Positions 52,746-64,000 of a stretch of 64,000 nt of DNA are shown in pieces (positions within the stretch are counted from its first letter, which is position 1; every line of letters begins with the position of its first letter). The stretch is from Octopus sinensis (lineage: Eukaryota), in assembly GCF_006345805.1 (NCBI RefSeq), contig NC_042997.1, positions 130,696,001 to 130,760,000 of the forward strand. The letters are read 5' to 3'. The position numbers and the translations under genes are program-made. The notes under the pieces are model-generated. The model was not told the origin of the DNA, ran no database searches, and saw only the letters and a list, made by a program, of their open reading frames with translations.

Positions 52746-53237
52746 TTATTTATTTCTTTACTGCCCACAAGGGGCTAAACACAGAGGGAACAAACAAGGA
52801 CAGACAAACGGATTAAGTCGATTATATCGACCCCAGTGCGTAACTGGTACTTATTTAATCGACTCTGAAAGGATGAAAGACAGTCAGCCTCAGCGAAATT
52901 TGAACTCAGAACATAGCGTCAGACGAAATACCGCTAAGCATTTCGCTTGGCGTGCTAACGTCTCTGCCAGCTCGCTGCCTTTATTGTTATTATTATTATT
53001 AAAGCAGCAAGCTGGCAGAATTGTTAGCATGCCAGGCAAAATTCTTCATGGTATTTCATTTGTTTTTACGTTTCTGAGTTTAAATTCTGTTGAGGACAAC
53101 TTTGCCTTCCCTTGGTTTGGAGTTGATAAATTACCAATGAAACACTGGGGTCAATGTTATCGACTAGTTTCTCCCAAAAATTTCAGGCCTTATGCCTAAA
53201 GTAGAAAGGATTATTGTTATTGTTAGTATTATTATGA

Positions 53238-53268
<31 letters not shown>

Positions 53269-55102
53269 TATTATCAATAATATTAATATAGTTAGTTTTG
53301 TTTGTTTTTGTACGTACCTGTGGTGGGTGTCACACTTCAAAGGAAGAGGTAAAAAGGTTGAAGGGACAGGTACAAAGAGAGGTACAAAGAGAAAGAGGTA
53401 CAAAGTGAGAGAGATGGGGACAGAGAGGGAGTGAGAGAGAGAGAATGAGCGGTGATTGAAAGGAAGAGGAAAAATGTATATCAGTATTTTCAGAGTAGAC
53501 TGATACATACATCAAAAGAAAAGTAGATAAATAGACACATTGGTAAATTAAAGACTAATAACAACAGCAAATATTGGATGTCGCTTTCACTTTTCATTAC
53601 CATGCTAGGATAAAATTGACGTGAAAGTGGCTGAGTACTCCATAGACATGCATACCATCAACTTAGTTCTGAGAGAGATTCAGTCTCACACAGAATGTGA
53701 CAAGGCTGGCCCCTTTGAATTACAGCTACTACTCATTTTGGCCATCAGAGTGGACTAGAGCAAGATAAACCTTCAAGTGGTTGGAAGAAAATGAAAAAAG
53801 ATCCAGTACAGGGGCATGAAAATCTTTTTAGTCGTTAGGGTCACTATGGGTGTTAATCCGGTCTTAACAGTGGCCTATCTATCTGTCTGTCTGTTTTGTC
53901 TGTCTGACAGTTATTCTGTCTGTCTACCTCTCTCTCTCTGTCACCCTCTGTCTATCTGTCTCTCAGCAAATACCTGTGGATGTTACTGTTACTTTTATAT
54001 ACTTGAAGGGAGAGATAAAAATAAAAATAAGCAGAGAAGGTTTACTTGAAGTGAGCGGTAAAGCGAGAGAGAGAGAGGAGGGACAGAGAGTGAGTAAGAT
54101 AGATAGTGAGTGGTGACTGAAAGGAAGGTGACGTTTGTTTTGTGTTTTTAAATGTTTATCAGTATTATCAGAGCAGACAGATACATAACCACAACAAATA
54201 CTGGATGTTACTTTTAATTTCCTACAATGTAATTAACTACCATATTCTTCTATATACTGGGTCTTCAGCCAATATTGGACATTACTAAGGTGGTGAGCTG
54301 GCAGAAACATTAGCATGCTGGGCGAAATGCTTAACTGTATTTCATCTGTCTTTATGTACTGAGTTCAAATTCCGCCGAGGTTGACTTTGCCTTTCATCCT
54401 TTCGAGGTCGATCAATTAAGTACCAGTTACGCACAGGGGTTGATCTAATTGACTTAATCCATTTGTCTGTCCTTGTTTGTCCCCTCTATGTTTAACCCCT
54501 TGTTGGCAATAAGGAAATAAGAAACATTAGCATGTTGGGTGAAATGCTTAGCAGGTATTTCACCTGTCTTTACGTTCTGAGTTCAAATTCCACCGAGGTC
54601 GACTTTGCCTTTCATCCTTTCAGGGTTGATAAATTAAGAACTAGTGGTATACTGGGATCAATCTAATTGACTGCCCCCATCCCCCAAAATTTTAGGCCTT
54701 GTGGCTAGAATAGAAAAGACTACTGGATATTACTGTCGGAAAGATTTCTCATGGCACCAGCATACAATTTACAAATGCTTACATTTTTTATGCTTTCCAT
54801 GAAGTTTCCACAGGTCCAGCTAGTTATTATTATTATTATTATTACTATTCTTCTTCTTATTATTATGAAGTTGGTGCTCTGGCAGAATGGTTAGAATGCC
54901 AGCCAAAATGCTTAGTGGAATTTTGTCCACCTTTATGTTCTGAGCTCAAATTCAAGGTCAACTTTGCCTTTCATTCTTTCAAAGTCAACAAAATAAGTAC
55001 CAGTTAATTACTGAGGCCAATGTAATTGACTAACTCAGCTCCCCTAAAAAATTTCAGGCCTAGTTCCTATAATGGAAAGGACTACTACTACTACTACTAC
55101 TA

Positions 55103-55133
<31 letters not shown>

Positions 55134-55424
55134 GACCCCCAGTTTTCAACTGGTACTTAATTTATCGACCCTGAAATGATGAAAGGCAATGTCAACTTTG
55201 ATGGAATTAGAACTCAGAACATGAAGAGAGATGAAATACTGCTAAAAATTTCGCCTGGTGTGCTAATGATTCTGCCAGCTTGCTGCCTTTAATGGTTTCA
55301 AATTTTGGCACAAGGCAAGCATTTTGGGGTAGGGGGTAAGTCGGTTATGACCCCAGAGGTCAACTGGTACTTATTTCATGAACCCAAAAGGATGAAAGGC
55401 AAAACTGACTCAGGCATAATGTAA

Positions 55425-55740
55425 TGTATTGTAGTGAAAATGGTATTCCCCTTCTCATATGACAAAGTGGTATGACAGCCACTATAAAGTCAGACAGTCA
55501 GTCACTGTAGAAGTCAGTAGTAGTAGAGTCATTGTACAAGTTCTCATTTGGAGTCAGTGTCAGTTACGTGATATATACGAGTTTGAGTTACCATCAAGGT
55601 AGATGTTTCAAAGTCATTGTCTTGCAGAGCTATCAGCAATAGCACGATAGATGAGTCAAAGATTATAAGATGTGGAATACCGCCACAACATAATAGTGGC
55701 AACAAGAATATTATAATGCTGACAACAACATACAAGTGTG
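55425..55740 (+). mobile_element. Partial solo LTR of the same gypsy family
   Basis: Reverse-complement match to most of the 49663-49998 LTR; interrupts a SINE. Confidence 0.85.
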
Positions 55741-57377
55741 GGGTGTGGGGGTGCACAGGCGTGCGTGTTTGTGTCACCTTGTCTTGGATGTCATGCCATT
55801 GTTGTAACTGTGTTACAAGTGGTGTCATTCATTTTCAGTCATCCTTGAAAACATGTCTGGCTATGGGGAAATATTATCTTACTTGGAAACAGGTGAAGAT
55901 TGATGACAGGAAGGGCATCCAGCCTCAACAAACTCTACCATACCCATGCAAGCATATAACAGAGGATGATGAAACTACAGTGATGATGATGATGCAGATG
56001 ATAATGACATGTGTTACAACAATGTAGAAAATGGATGCAAAATAAGGCATGGATAAGAAGTGAACTATGATGGACACCTACCTATACACTAAATACCTCA
56101 CTTAACTTATCAACTCTCATCTCGTTAACATATTTGTGCATGGCTTGAAAGTATGTGGCTTAGTGGGCAGGGTATTTGGCTCCAGATTGTAAAGTTGTGA
56201 GATCAATTCCTGGTGGCATGTTGTGTCCTTGAACAAGACCTTTTATTTCATGTTGCTCTAGTCCACTCAACTGGTAAAAGTGAGTTGTACTTGTATTTTA
56301 AAGGGCCAGCCTTGTCGCATTTTGTATCATAGTGAATCTCCTTGAGAGCTATGTTAATTTCATGAGCAGGCTCTTTCATTGATCAGATCCCTTGTTGTTG
56401 TAAAAAGCCGGCACTCCAACATCTAAAATGGAGTGCCAGCTTTTTTTTTTTCTTTGGTCTCATTTACACCAACCAGTTTGACAGCTCTGATCAAACCATT
56501 TAACTCATGCCAAAATGGAAACAGATGTTAAAGGACGATGATGATTTACTTAGTACAGCCAGTTTGCTAAGTATGATATCCTGTTAAAGACTTTTTCAAG
56601 GTCAGAGAATGCAAAGCATAGTGGTTTGCTCATAATTAAAAACTTCTATTATTGTCTCACTAGGAAGAGGCATCAGTGCTACTCTATCTTTGCACAAATC
56701 TAAATTGCATCCCGTCTAAGTTAATTATCTTTCTAATCAACTGTGCTATACCTCTTTAGTTATAAATTTTGCAGTTGATTTTTCTAGAACATCTCACCCT
56801 TGCAGCAGTTGCTGATGGTACTACTCAGCCAGTCATTGAGAATAACCCACCCCTGTCCTACCGCACTGCCAGATCTACCATGTGACTACCATGTGTCTTA
56901 CTTAACTGTTTCCCTGTTGTCATAACCTTAATAGTTATTTTGACCATATAGTTTGCTTGAGGTAGTCCCTCTCTCCCATACATTGTCTTTATGTGGCAAA
57001 GCCTCCCCATGCTTCTTTCTCCTTACTGAGGGCAAGTACCACAGTTATTCTCATATATAAGGTCATACTGGCCTGGCGCTCTACTTTGCAATCCAGAACA
57101 GTCATAACACAAGTTCTCAGGTCACAGAATATTGTAACTTTTTGTTTCCACTCCTTTCTAAGTAAATTTGATAACTAGCTTCTCTTCCAGCTACCAGATA
57201 CTGTTTCTACTGTTTCTTACTTCAGCTTTGTTTTGCTTTTATGACTACCCACTATATTGTCACTACTACCATGTTATTTTCTCTCTAGCACAGTGATTCT
57301 CAACTAGAGTCTAAATGACTTTTGCGTGTCCACATATGATTTCGTTAAAATTTATGAGCAATAAATGCATGTAAGCT

Positions 57378-57772
57378 CAGGAGTGGCTGTGTGGTAAGTA
57401 GCTTGCTTACCAACCACATGGTTCCGGGTTCAGTCCCACTGTGTGGCACCTTGGGCAAGTGTTTCTACTTTAGCCTCAGGCTGACCAAAGCCTTGTGAGT
57501 GGATTTGGTAGACGGAAACTGAAAGAAACCCGTCGTATATATTTATATGTATGTGTGTGTGTGTGTGTGCGTTTGTGTTTGTCCCTTCCCAACATCGCTT
57601 GACAACCGATGCTGGTGTGTTACGTCCCCGTAACTTAGCGGTTCGGCAAAAGAGACCGATAGAATAAGTACTAGGCTTACAAAGGATAAGTCCTGGGATC
57701 GATTAGCTCGACTAAAGGCGGTGCTCCAGCATGGCCACAGCCAAGTGACTGAAACAAGTAAAAGAGTAAGAG
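57378..57772 (+). mobile_element. SINE family A, representative young copy (tRNA head, internal AT/GT microsatellite)
   Basis: Head AGGAGTGGCTGTGTGGTAAG...GGTTCAGTCCC, core CACCTTGGGCAAGTG, tail CAAGTAAAAGAGT. Other copies at ~250-930, 2160-2385, 3633-4050, 7606-7989(-), 14822-15192, 15620-16015, 26210-26660, 34140-34275(-), 38245-38671, 38965-39330(-). Confidence 0.92.
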
Positions 57773-57857
57773 CAATAAATTGCGTATAATTCTACCATAC
57801 ACAAAATACTTTACTTTTTTTATACAATTCCAAATAATACTTAATTATAAGAGTGTG

Positions 57858-58178
57858 AGGGCGCGTGGCTTAGTGGTTAGGGCATTCGGCTCATGATCGT
57901 AAGGTTGTGAGTTCGATTCCCGGCGACGCGTTGTGTCCTTGAGCAAGACACTTTATTTCACGTTGCTCCAGTCCACTCAGCTGGCAAAAATGAGTTGTAC
58001 TTGTATTTCAAAGGGTCAGCCTTGTCACTCTCTGTGTCACGCTGATTATCCCCGAGAACTACGTTAAGGGTACACGTGTCTGTGGAATGCTCAGCCATTT
58101 GCACATTAATTTCACGAGCAAGCTGTTCCGTTGATCGTATCAGCTGGGACCCTCGTCGTCGTAACCGGCAGAGTCTTT
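57858..58178 (+). mobile_element. SINE family E (tRNA head + GTGTCCTTGAGCAAGACACTT core)
   Basis: A box TGGCTTAGTGG, B box AGTTCGATTCC. Older copy at ~56155-56400 and a 3' piece at ~60867-61040. Confidence 0.85.
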
Positions 58179-58313
58179 GAAAAAAAAAAAAATTATAAGA
58201 GTATAAGATTTATTTTTAAACACTGTATGGCTATGAGGGTCTATCCGAGTGAAATAAAAATCAAAAAGGTCCATTTGTCTAGTTTGACCTTGCTACATCC
58301 ACATACCTTGCTA

Positions 58314-58730
58314 AGGCAGCGAGCTGGCAGACACATTAGCATGCTGGGCGAAATGCTTAGTGTATTTTGTCTGCCACTACGTTCTGAGTTCAAATTCCGC
58401 TGAGGTTGACTTTGTCTTTCATCCTTTTGGGGTCGATTAAATAAGTACCAGTTACGCACTAGGGTCGATATAATTGACTTAATCCATTTGTCTGTCCTTG
58501 TTTGTCCTCTCTGTGTTTAGCCCCTTGTGGGTAGTAAAGAAATAGGTATTTCGTCTGCCGCTACGTTCTGAGTTCAAATTCTGCCGAGGCCGACTTTGTC
58601 TTTCATCCTTTTGGGGGCGATTAAATAAGTACCAGTTACGCACTGGGGTCAATATAATTGACTTAATCCATTTGTCTGTCCTTTTTTGTCCTCTCTGTGT
58701 TTAGCCCCTTGTGGGTAGTAAAGAAATAGA
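58314..58730 (+). mobile_element. SINE family B, partial tandem dimer (most abundant family in the window)
   Basis: GGCGAGCTGGCAGA head, GAGTTCAAATTCC B-box, central GCCTTTCATCCTTTCGGGGTCGATAAATTAAGTACC. Other copies include 9465-9683(-), 21435-21840, 23863-24090, 34305-34530(-), 42290-42525, 44297-44527(-), 46925-47155(-), 52750-52980(-), 54290-54725. Confidence 0.92.
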
Positions 58731-59234
58731 TATCTTGCTAATGGCTTGCTGCATACTGTTTCATAGAAACTCCTACTTGTCTTCTATGTCAGGTTTTTAT
58801 CTTCTCAATATATGTGAAACCCAGTACTTCTGTGAACCTACATCTGACTAAGGCAACTTTCAGCTGCCATATTAGTCTTATGTCTCCGGATCATCTAGTT
58901 CTAACTTGAAAGCCACTAATCACTAATCTATGATGTGTGCTATATTCTTCACCAGGGAAGACTTAGTATTGACATCTATCAGACTATTCCACTTCCTGAA
59001 AAGCATCAACTTTATTTGGCTTGTGTGCTTAACAGTGTGGTGGGCTTTAAGGTGTCTACCTCTTTACTAAAGTTAATGTTGAAAACAATAAAACTATTAG
59101 ATCATTTGCATCACACAACTCCAGAAGCCTTAATCCCTCTTCATTCTGTGTACAATAATCACAGCATCAGTGTACAATGGAATTGCTATCACGGTGTCAA
59201 ACCATCTAAACCATACCACCATAGAAAATGAACA

Positions 59235-60160
59235 TGTAGCAGACTCTTAGTGAAACATCCTCTCTATCTGACATATATAACACAAATACAGACGTAGCAG
59301 ATAACAGCTAGCCTTCAGCCGCTTAGGCCCAGTTATGTCCACTACTCTGATTGGTTGGTATTGGTGCATTTTGTCTCTTGCTTTATTTCGCGCCAATGTG
59401 CGACCCAACCAATTGTAACCTTCTGATAAGGTCCCATGACACTGTTTTTCTAAAGCTCTGTTTGAGCCTACAATTTGTTATAAAACCCAGCGATTCATCG
59501 AATCGCATGTCTTTGGTTCTCCAACCACTAACCACAGAGCACTTAAGCAGTTCCCGCGATGCAGCCATGTTCCAGCGACACCAACACTAGCAGCATTTCA
59601 GGACCTTCTCCACCGTCGCCTTCATCTTGACGTTGTCTCCCCCACCGTCGCCTTCATCTTAACAGCGCCACAGCAATTTCATTTAGGTTTAACTTCACGC
59701 TGTTTGTGAATATTCATCATGGTTAACAGCAAGTCTACCTGTGAGAACCTTCTGTACCAAGTAACCCGGCACAGCATAGAAGCCAAAACCTCTACACATG
59801 TAGTAACCGGTTCTGCCTTGTGACCTCAACCTCTTGTACAGAATTCCAACTATTGCGTTCATTACTACGAACTGGTATTTACCTTCATCTTGTATCTGAT
59901 CTTCTTCTAGCGTCCTGATAGACTCATTTCTATGCTCTGTATTTTATCACACACACATACACATTATTGTATGCTTGAAGGCCTGTCTATTGTCTATTAT
60001 TATTGTTCTTATTATATATGTACTTATGACACAGACACACACTCTGCTACTCACATGTTAACATCTAAATAAAACCTTTCTCTTAACATATTACGATTGT
60101 GTCGTCTTCTCTCTTTTCCTTTTTGGCACTCTTATTCATTTATCCATATTTTGGCTTTTA
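59235..60160 (+). mobile_element. Possible solo LTR of an unrelated family
   Basis: Starts with TGT, CpG-richer, internal 19-bp direct repeat CCACCGTCGCCTTCATCTT, AATAAA near the 3' end. 3' CA end and TSD not identified. Confidence 0.3.
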
Positions 60161-60229
60161 TTGTAAGGCGACCGTGCGGTGTTTAAAGGAGTCGTTCGTT
60201 CGTCACCATCTCCTTTCGCACGGTCGTTC

Positions 60230-60378
60230 TACAAACATAAAAGCATGACGACAATGAAAAGGATGATATGACTGCTTCAATAAGTGTGTGGATTTGAGTG
60301 GGGAATATGTTGAATAATATCACAATTAATGATCCTCCTGTATTTTCTTTTACCCAAAGCCGGAAACTTTTCACCACC
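60230..60378 (+). mobile_element. Short mariner 3'-end relic
   Basis: KCVDLSGEYVE* followed by AAGCCGGAAACTTTTCA, resembling a TIR. Confidence 0.55.
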
Positions 60379-62169
60379 ACCCCAACCCTCATAGATATAG
60401 GCATACGCACACAAGTTTGTTCCCTTCCATCTTTGTCACCTCATAACTTTCAGGAAGATGGAGATTTCTTGATGAAATTTTCTACAAATACCTATCAGAT
60501 GGTGTAGATTACGAATATATCAGAATTTAATGTGGAAAAAAATTTTTTTAAAGTGGCGTGAACACATACGAAGTGACATACATTACATATACAAAGTGAA
60601 ACCTAAAATTCTGAAAAAAAAAAAATTTTTGATGTGAGTCTATGGATTATGTGACTTGGCCACCACTTTTACACATCAAATTCCAACATAATCATAATTT
60701 TCATTATCTTAAACGTATTTGTTGAAAATTTTCCGTAAAAAATCGTTTTTCTGGAAGTTATACGGAAACAGATTTGGTAAGTGCGCATTTGTGTAGGTAT
60801 GCCTGCCTGCCTACCTACATACCTCCATCCATCCAGCCATCCATCTATTCAGCTAACAAAAATGAGTAGTACCTGTATTTCAAAGGGCCAACCTTATCAT
60901 CTTCTGTGTCACGCTGAATCTCCCTGAGAACTGAGTTAAGGGTACACGTGTCTGTGGAGTGCTCACGTTAATTTCACGAGCAGGCTGTTCCGTTGATCGG
61001 ATCAACTGGAACCCTTGTCGTCGTAACTGACGGAGTACCAGTTTACATGTATATATATATAGGGAGAGTTTTCTAACAGAGGCATGATGAGCATCGTCAA
61101 TTAGATTAACCTGTATTCTCAAATGATATTTGTTTCAGCAACCCTGAGGGAAGAGGGAAAAAGTTTACTTCGCCAAGATTTAAACTCGGAACGTAATTGT
61201 ACTCAACGAAATACCACAAGAAACTTTGCTACTTTATGAAACTCCTTTAACGAACTCACTCGACAGATACCCAACTCCGAACCAATATTTTACTGTGAAG
61301 TGTAAAGTTATAGAATCGAAAGATGGCCCTGATGACCAGGTTACTTCGATTGCTTGTTGAACCCTTTCTTTCAAAGTGATACCTTTAAGAAAGGCAGAAA
61401 CGTCATATAATTTCCTTTCCTTTTCTACTCCGAATCCTGACTTGTTTGCCTATATTCGTAATCAATCGGTTTTACTGTAAGTAGTTTTACTTTCCTCGTG
61501 GCAGACAACGAGACGGACAAGTGTGTTCTGTTAACGAGGTTTTAAAATACCAATCAATGAATCGTCGTGACAACAGCAATCCTTCTAAAATAAACAGAGT
61601 TATTTTTTCAGGTTGACGAGAGGAATCTTAATAACATATTTGAAATAGCTAAGAGCAGCATTTAAAGTGCAGACGATTAAAGTTAGATGTTTAATTGTTA
61701 AAAGTGGGCGGGGTAAGAAAATGGAATGTAAATGCAACACGATTAACTAATTCAGTTATAAGCTCTATTTACAAGTCTATATTTAGTTTATCTCATTTTG
61801 AACCTGTGATTATTCTCCTTGGAACAAATTTACCGATCAGGAGAAGAATCCCGACGGTAAAGGGTTTGTTCCAGCCCATGCGTAAGTGTAGTGATTGACT
61901 TTTGATGTACCGAATATGAATCAGGAAGTAAACTTTTGATACCAGATCAAATAAACTTAGTTGTGTTACAAATAGTTAATATGAAATTGATACATTAACT
62001 TAATTAGCAAACGTTATTAAAATACCTCTTATGCAATTAAGCATTGAATACTATTTGATATGCAACTGTTTACAAAAAAAGTTATTCCTTCTAAGAAGTT
62101 TCACCCTAGTTGACATTGGCTATCATTTTACGGTGAAATGAATGAATAACATGATTTAACAATACATAC

Positions 62170-62268
62170 CCGTCCCCATATTCGAACTGTTGATTTAGCA
62201 GTTATAGGTCCGATGTTGTAACGTGTAGGTTCCGTGGACAGGGTGATTTCGTTGTCTTCAGCAGCCAT
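62170..62268 (-). CDS. Coding exon 1 of an uncharacterised multi-pass membrane protein gene (MAAEDNEITLSTEPTRYNIGPITAKSTVRIWGR)
   Basis: ATG at 62268 with an in-frame TAG ending 7 nt upstream. 99 nt open, ends CGG|GTATGT (phase 0), and joins in frame to exon 2 (GR|FRTF). Confidence 0.8.
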
Positions 62269-62274
62269 TTGTGG

Positions 62275-62330
62275 CTATTTACTTCTCATATGACTGGCCA
62301 ACTGAAAATGTTTTTGTTGTCAGATCACAT
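62275..62330 (-). promoter_or_regulatory. Upstream ORFs in the 5' leader: an ATG-TGA start-stop (62330-62325) and MRSK* (62289-62275)
   Basis: Minus strand reads ACAACC ATG TGA, then ATG AGA AGT AAA TAG CCA CAA ATG (main start). Confidence 0.5.
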
Positions 62331-62705
62331 GGTTGTTGACGACTCTTGTCGCCGCCAGTCGGAGTGGAGGAGGATTATAACCGCAATGACGTCGATAAAG
62401 TTGCTGGTGAGGCGATAAAAAAAAAAGAGAACTGGTGTTAAAGGTGTGTGCAGAGCCGATTAGGTTCTAAGCTCGTAGTTATCCACCAACACTTGTAATA
62501 CTTCGCAGTACAGTCGGGCAGCAAGCAGCCTGTCAGGAAATATACACATTCACTTAAAAGTGTGCTTGCGATGATAATTTCTATTTTGATTGTTCGCCCT
62601 TAACACATGCACAAATGCTCACCCAATCTCCGTCACACACACACACGCATGTACGCATGCACGTACGCACGCACTTACGCACACGCGCGCATTGTTTTGT
62701 GTGTA

Positions 62706-62739
<34 letters not shown>

Positions 62740-63158
62740 TGCTTTTTAAATGATTATCCAGTGCGGCAAATTTAAATTTATACACACAGCTGTTTTGCTA
62801 CATAGTATCGGCCGAACACACACATACGTACGTATGTATATGGCATTCTTTCGGAGAAACTCTATCAAAATGGAAAGTTTTTGTTCGACAATGTCCATAA
62901 TTTTTTTACATTTCTTTAAGTTTTTCTCTTCCGGTCGAATCACTTATGTTTATGTATTTTGTTGTGTATATGTGTGTGTATGCATGTATATTTGTGTATG
63001 TATGAGTATGTATAACACATACAGAATCATGCATTCATGCATGAAATACATACATAAACAAAATTACATAAACATAAGCGATTGGGCTGAAAAAATTTAA
63101 GATGGAAAATACCGAACCAATACTTAAACTTTCGCTTGACTTTCTGCTAAAAGAATGG

Positions 63159-63226
<68 letters not shown>

Positions 63227-64000
63227 GGCTTAGTAAAATAAATTACTTTGCCACATACTGAACTCATTAGAATAGCACTAAAGAAATTTCTTCAGCTATT
63301 TCAATACTTAAGAAGATCTCTCTCAGATAGTGTTTGCCTAAACCAACTCACAAAAGTATGGGGGAAAAAACATTAAAAAATCAAGTGCAAAGGTTATTTG
63401 AGAACGTACGTTTCTAGATTAGTCAATTCGACATTTCTTTCTGCTCAGCTCAGATTCCTTGGATCGGATTTGGGAACACTGAAAGTCGGAGCATACCCTT
63501 TCGGCTTCTAATCACCTCTAGAATTCTGCTCGAACTAAAAGTGCTATCAATTCGAATATGCGAAGAATTTCGCTTCTCTCTCCCCTTTCCACCAGCGTGG
63601 GTTAAAATTGACAAACACCATGTATTAACGGTGAAAACCGCAGCTTTAGCAGAGAGAAATGAATTATAATTTCAACAATTGAGGTGAAAATTAATATTAA
63701 TCAATTTCACCAAGTATTCAGTATGTAAATGGACCATTAGGCGAATTCAAAATATTACATTATATATAAGGGCTTAGTAAAATAAATTACTTGCCACATA
63801 CTGAACTCATTAGAAATAGCAGCTAAAGAAATTTCTTCAGCTATTTCTAATACTTAATTGTTGAAATTATAATTCATCTCTCTCTGCTAAATGCTGCGGT
63901 TTTCACCGTTAATACATGGTGTTTGTCAATTTTAACCCACGCTGGTGGAAAGGGGAGAGCAGAAATTCTTCGCTTGCATATTCGAATTTGATAGCACTTT
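63227..64000. repeat. Direct + inverted repeat element running off the window end
   Basis: Direct 63227-63311 / 63771-63857; inverted 63538-63680 / 63856-64000. Confidence 0.88.

Larger units (their letters stand above)
60160..63000. promoter_or_regulatory. CpG-retaining region around the gene's 5' end (putative promoter / unmethylated island)
   Basis: CG dinucleotides are visibly frequent in unique sequence here and scarce over most of the gene body. Judged by eye, not computed. Confidence 0.45.

Noticed and set aside
52681-53199. Longest ORF in the track (172 aa)
   Set aside because: It runs through a TTA microsatellite and antisense and sense SINE copies; a chance open frame.
61326-61410. 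CTGATGA ... GAAACGTC hammerhead-like words
   Set aside because: No stem I pairing between the flank of CTGATGA and the sequence after GTC, and stem II cannot be closed.
62245-62265. CTGAAGA-CAAC-GAAA on the minus strand in exon 1
   Set aside because: There is no stem II; a coincidence within coding sequence.

Overview
AT-rich, microsatellite- and transposon-dense eukaryotic DNA. The repeat families look like octopus (coleoid cephalopod) families; this is inferred from recognition, not from a search. Nearly all ORFs in the supplied track are microsatellite or transposon artefacts. Reading splice sites on the minus strand gives one real host gene spanning about 50 kb: nine phase-consistent GT-AG coding exons from 62268 to 12254 (976 nt, 325 codons plus 1 nt), with the terminal exon unresolved. 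It encodes an uncharacterised protein with about 8 transmembrane segments and an apparent internal 4TM+4TM duplication: MAAEDNEITLSTEPTRYNIGPITAKSTVRIWGR|FRTFSGLTSIEWLFLSMSLINIIIAICLTIYQLVKAVTELHYADIIFTILILINA|GFCVFYTIHGLLRERAYELLALVAAMVVILIYCIVQASITKNLETVKL|VRLIIASILVPLNICLATLVVRRFGWLEFKIVGASEALQ|NMYKQATLFSTLLKFDLQVT|VSVVILTLSLRFNNFANLTLNTMELVVLFIGIPISLAWDFLGYVL|MKKESKIGVLVFILVGFLKPGYYLFKTIT|LYIHLSNLQPNTNELTEKFMIYCILTS|VTIALSVWALLMIELFFVQRNFNKGLKER|. The introns and flanks hold several tRNA-derived SINE families, mariner elements, two non-autonomous Helitrons, a nested Ty3/gypsy element, RTE, CR1 and R4/Dong LINE remnants, a Penelope-like element (RT + GIY-YIG) and many fold-back structures. 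The most notable non-coding signal is a set of type I hammerhead ribozyme motifs. The best one, at 30977-31017, has an intact fold with a compensatory U3-A8 core variant and sits in a 362-nt head-to-tail repeat, making it a candidate retrozyme or Penelope pseudo-LTR. A second, long-stem-II hammerhead lies between 124-bp inverted repeats at 11.1-11.5 kb, and a degenerate third lies at 46.3 kb. Boundaries of degraded repeats are approximate.
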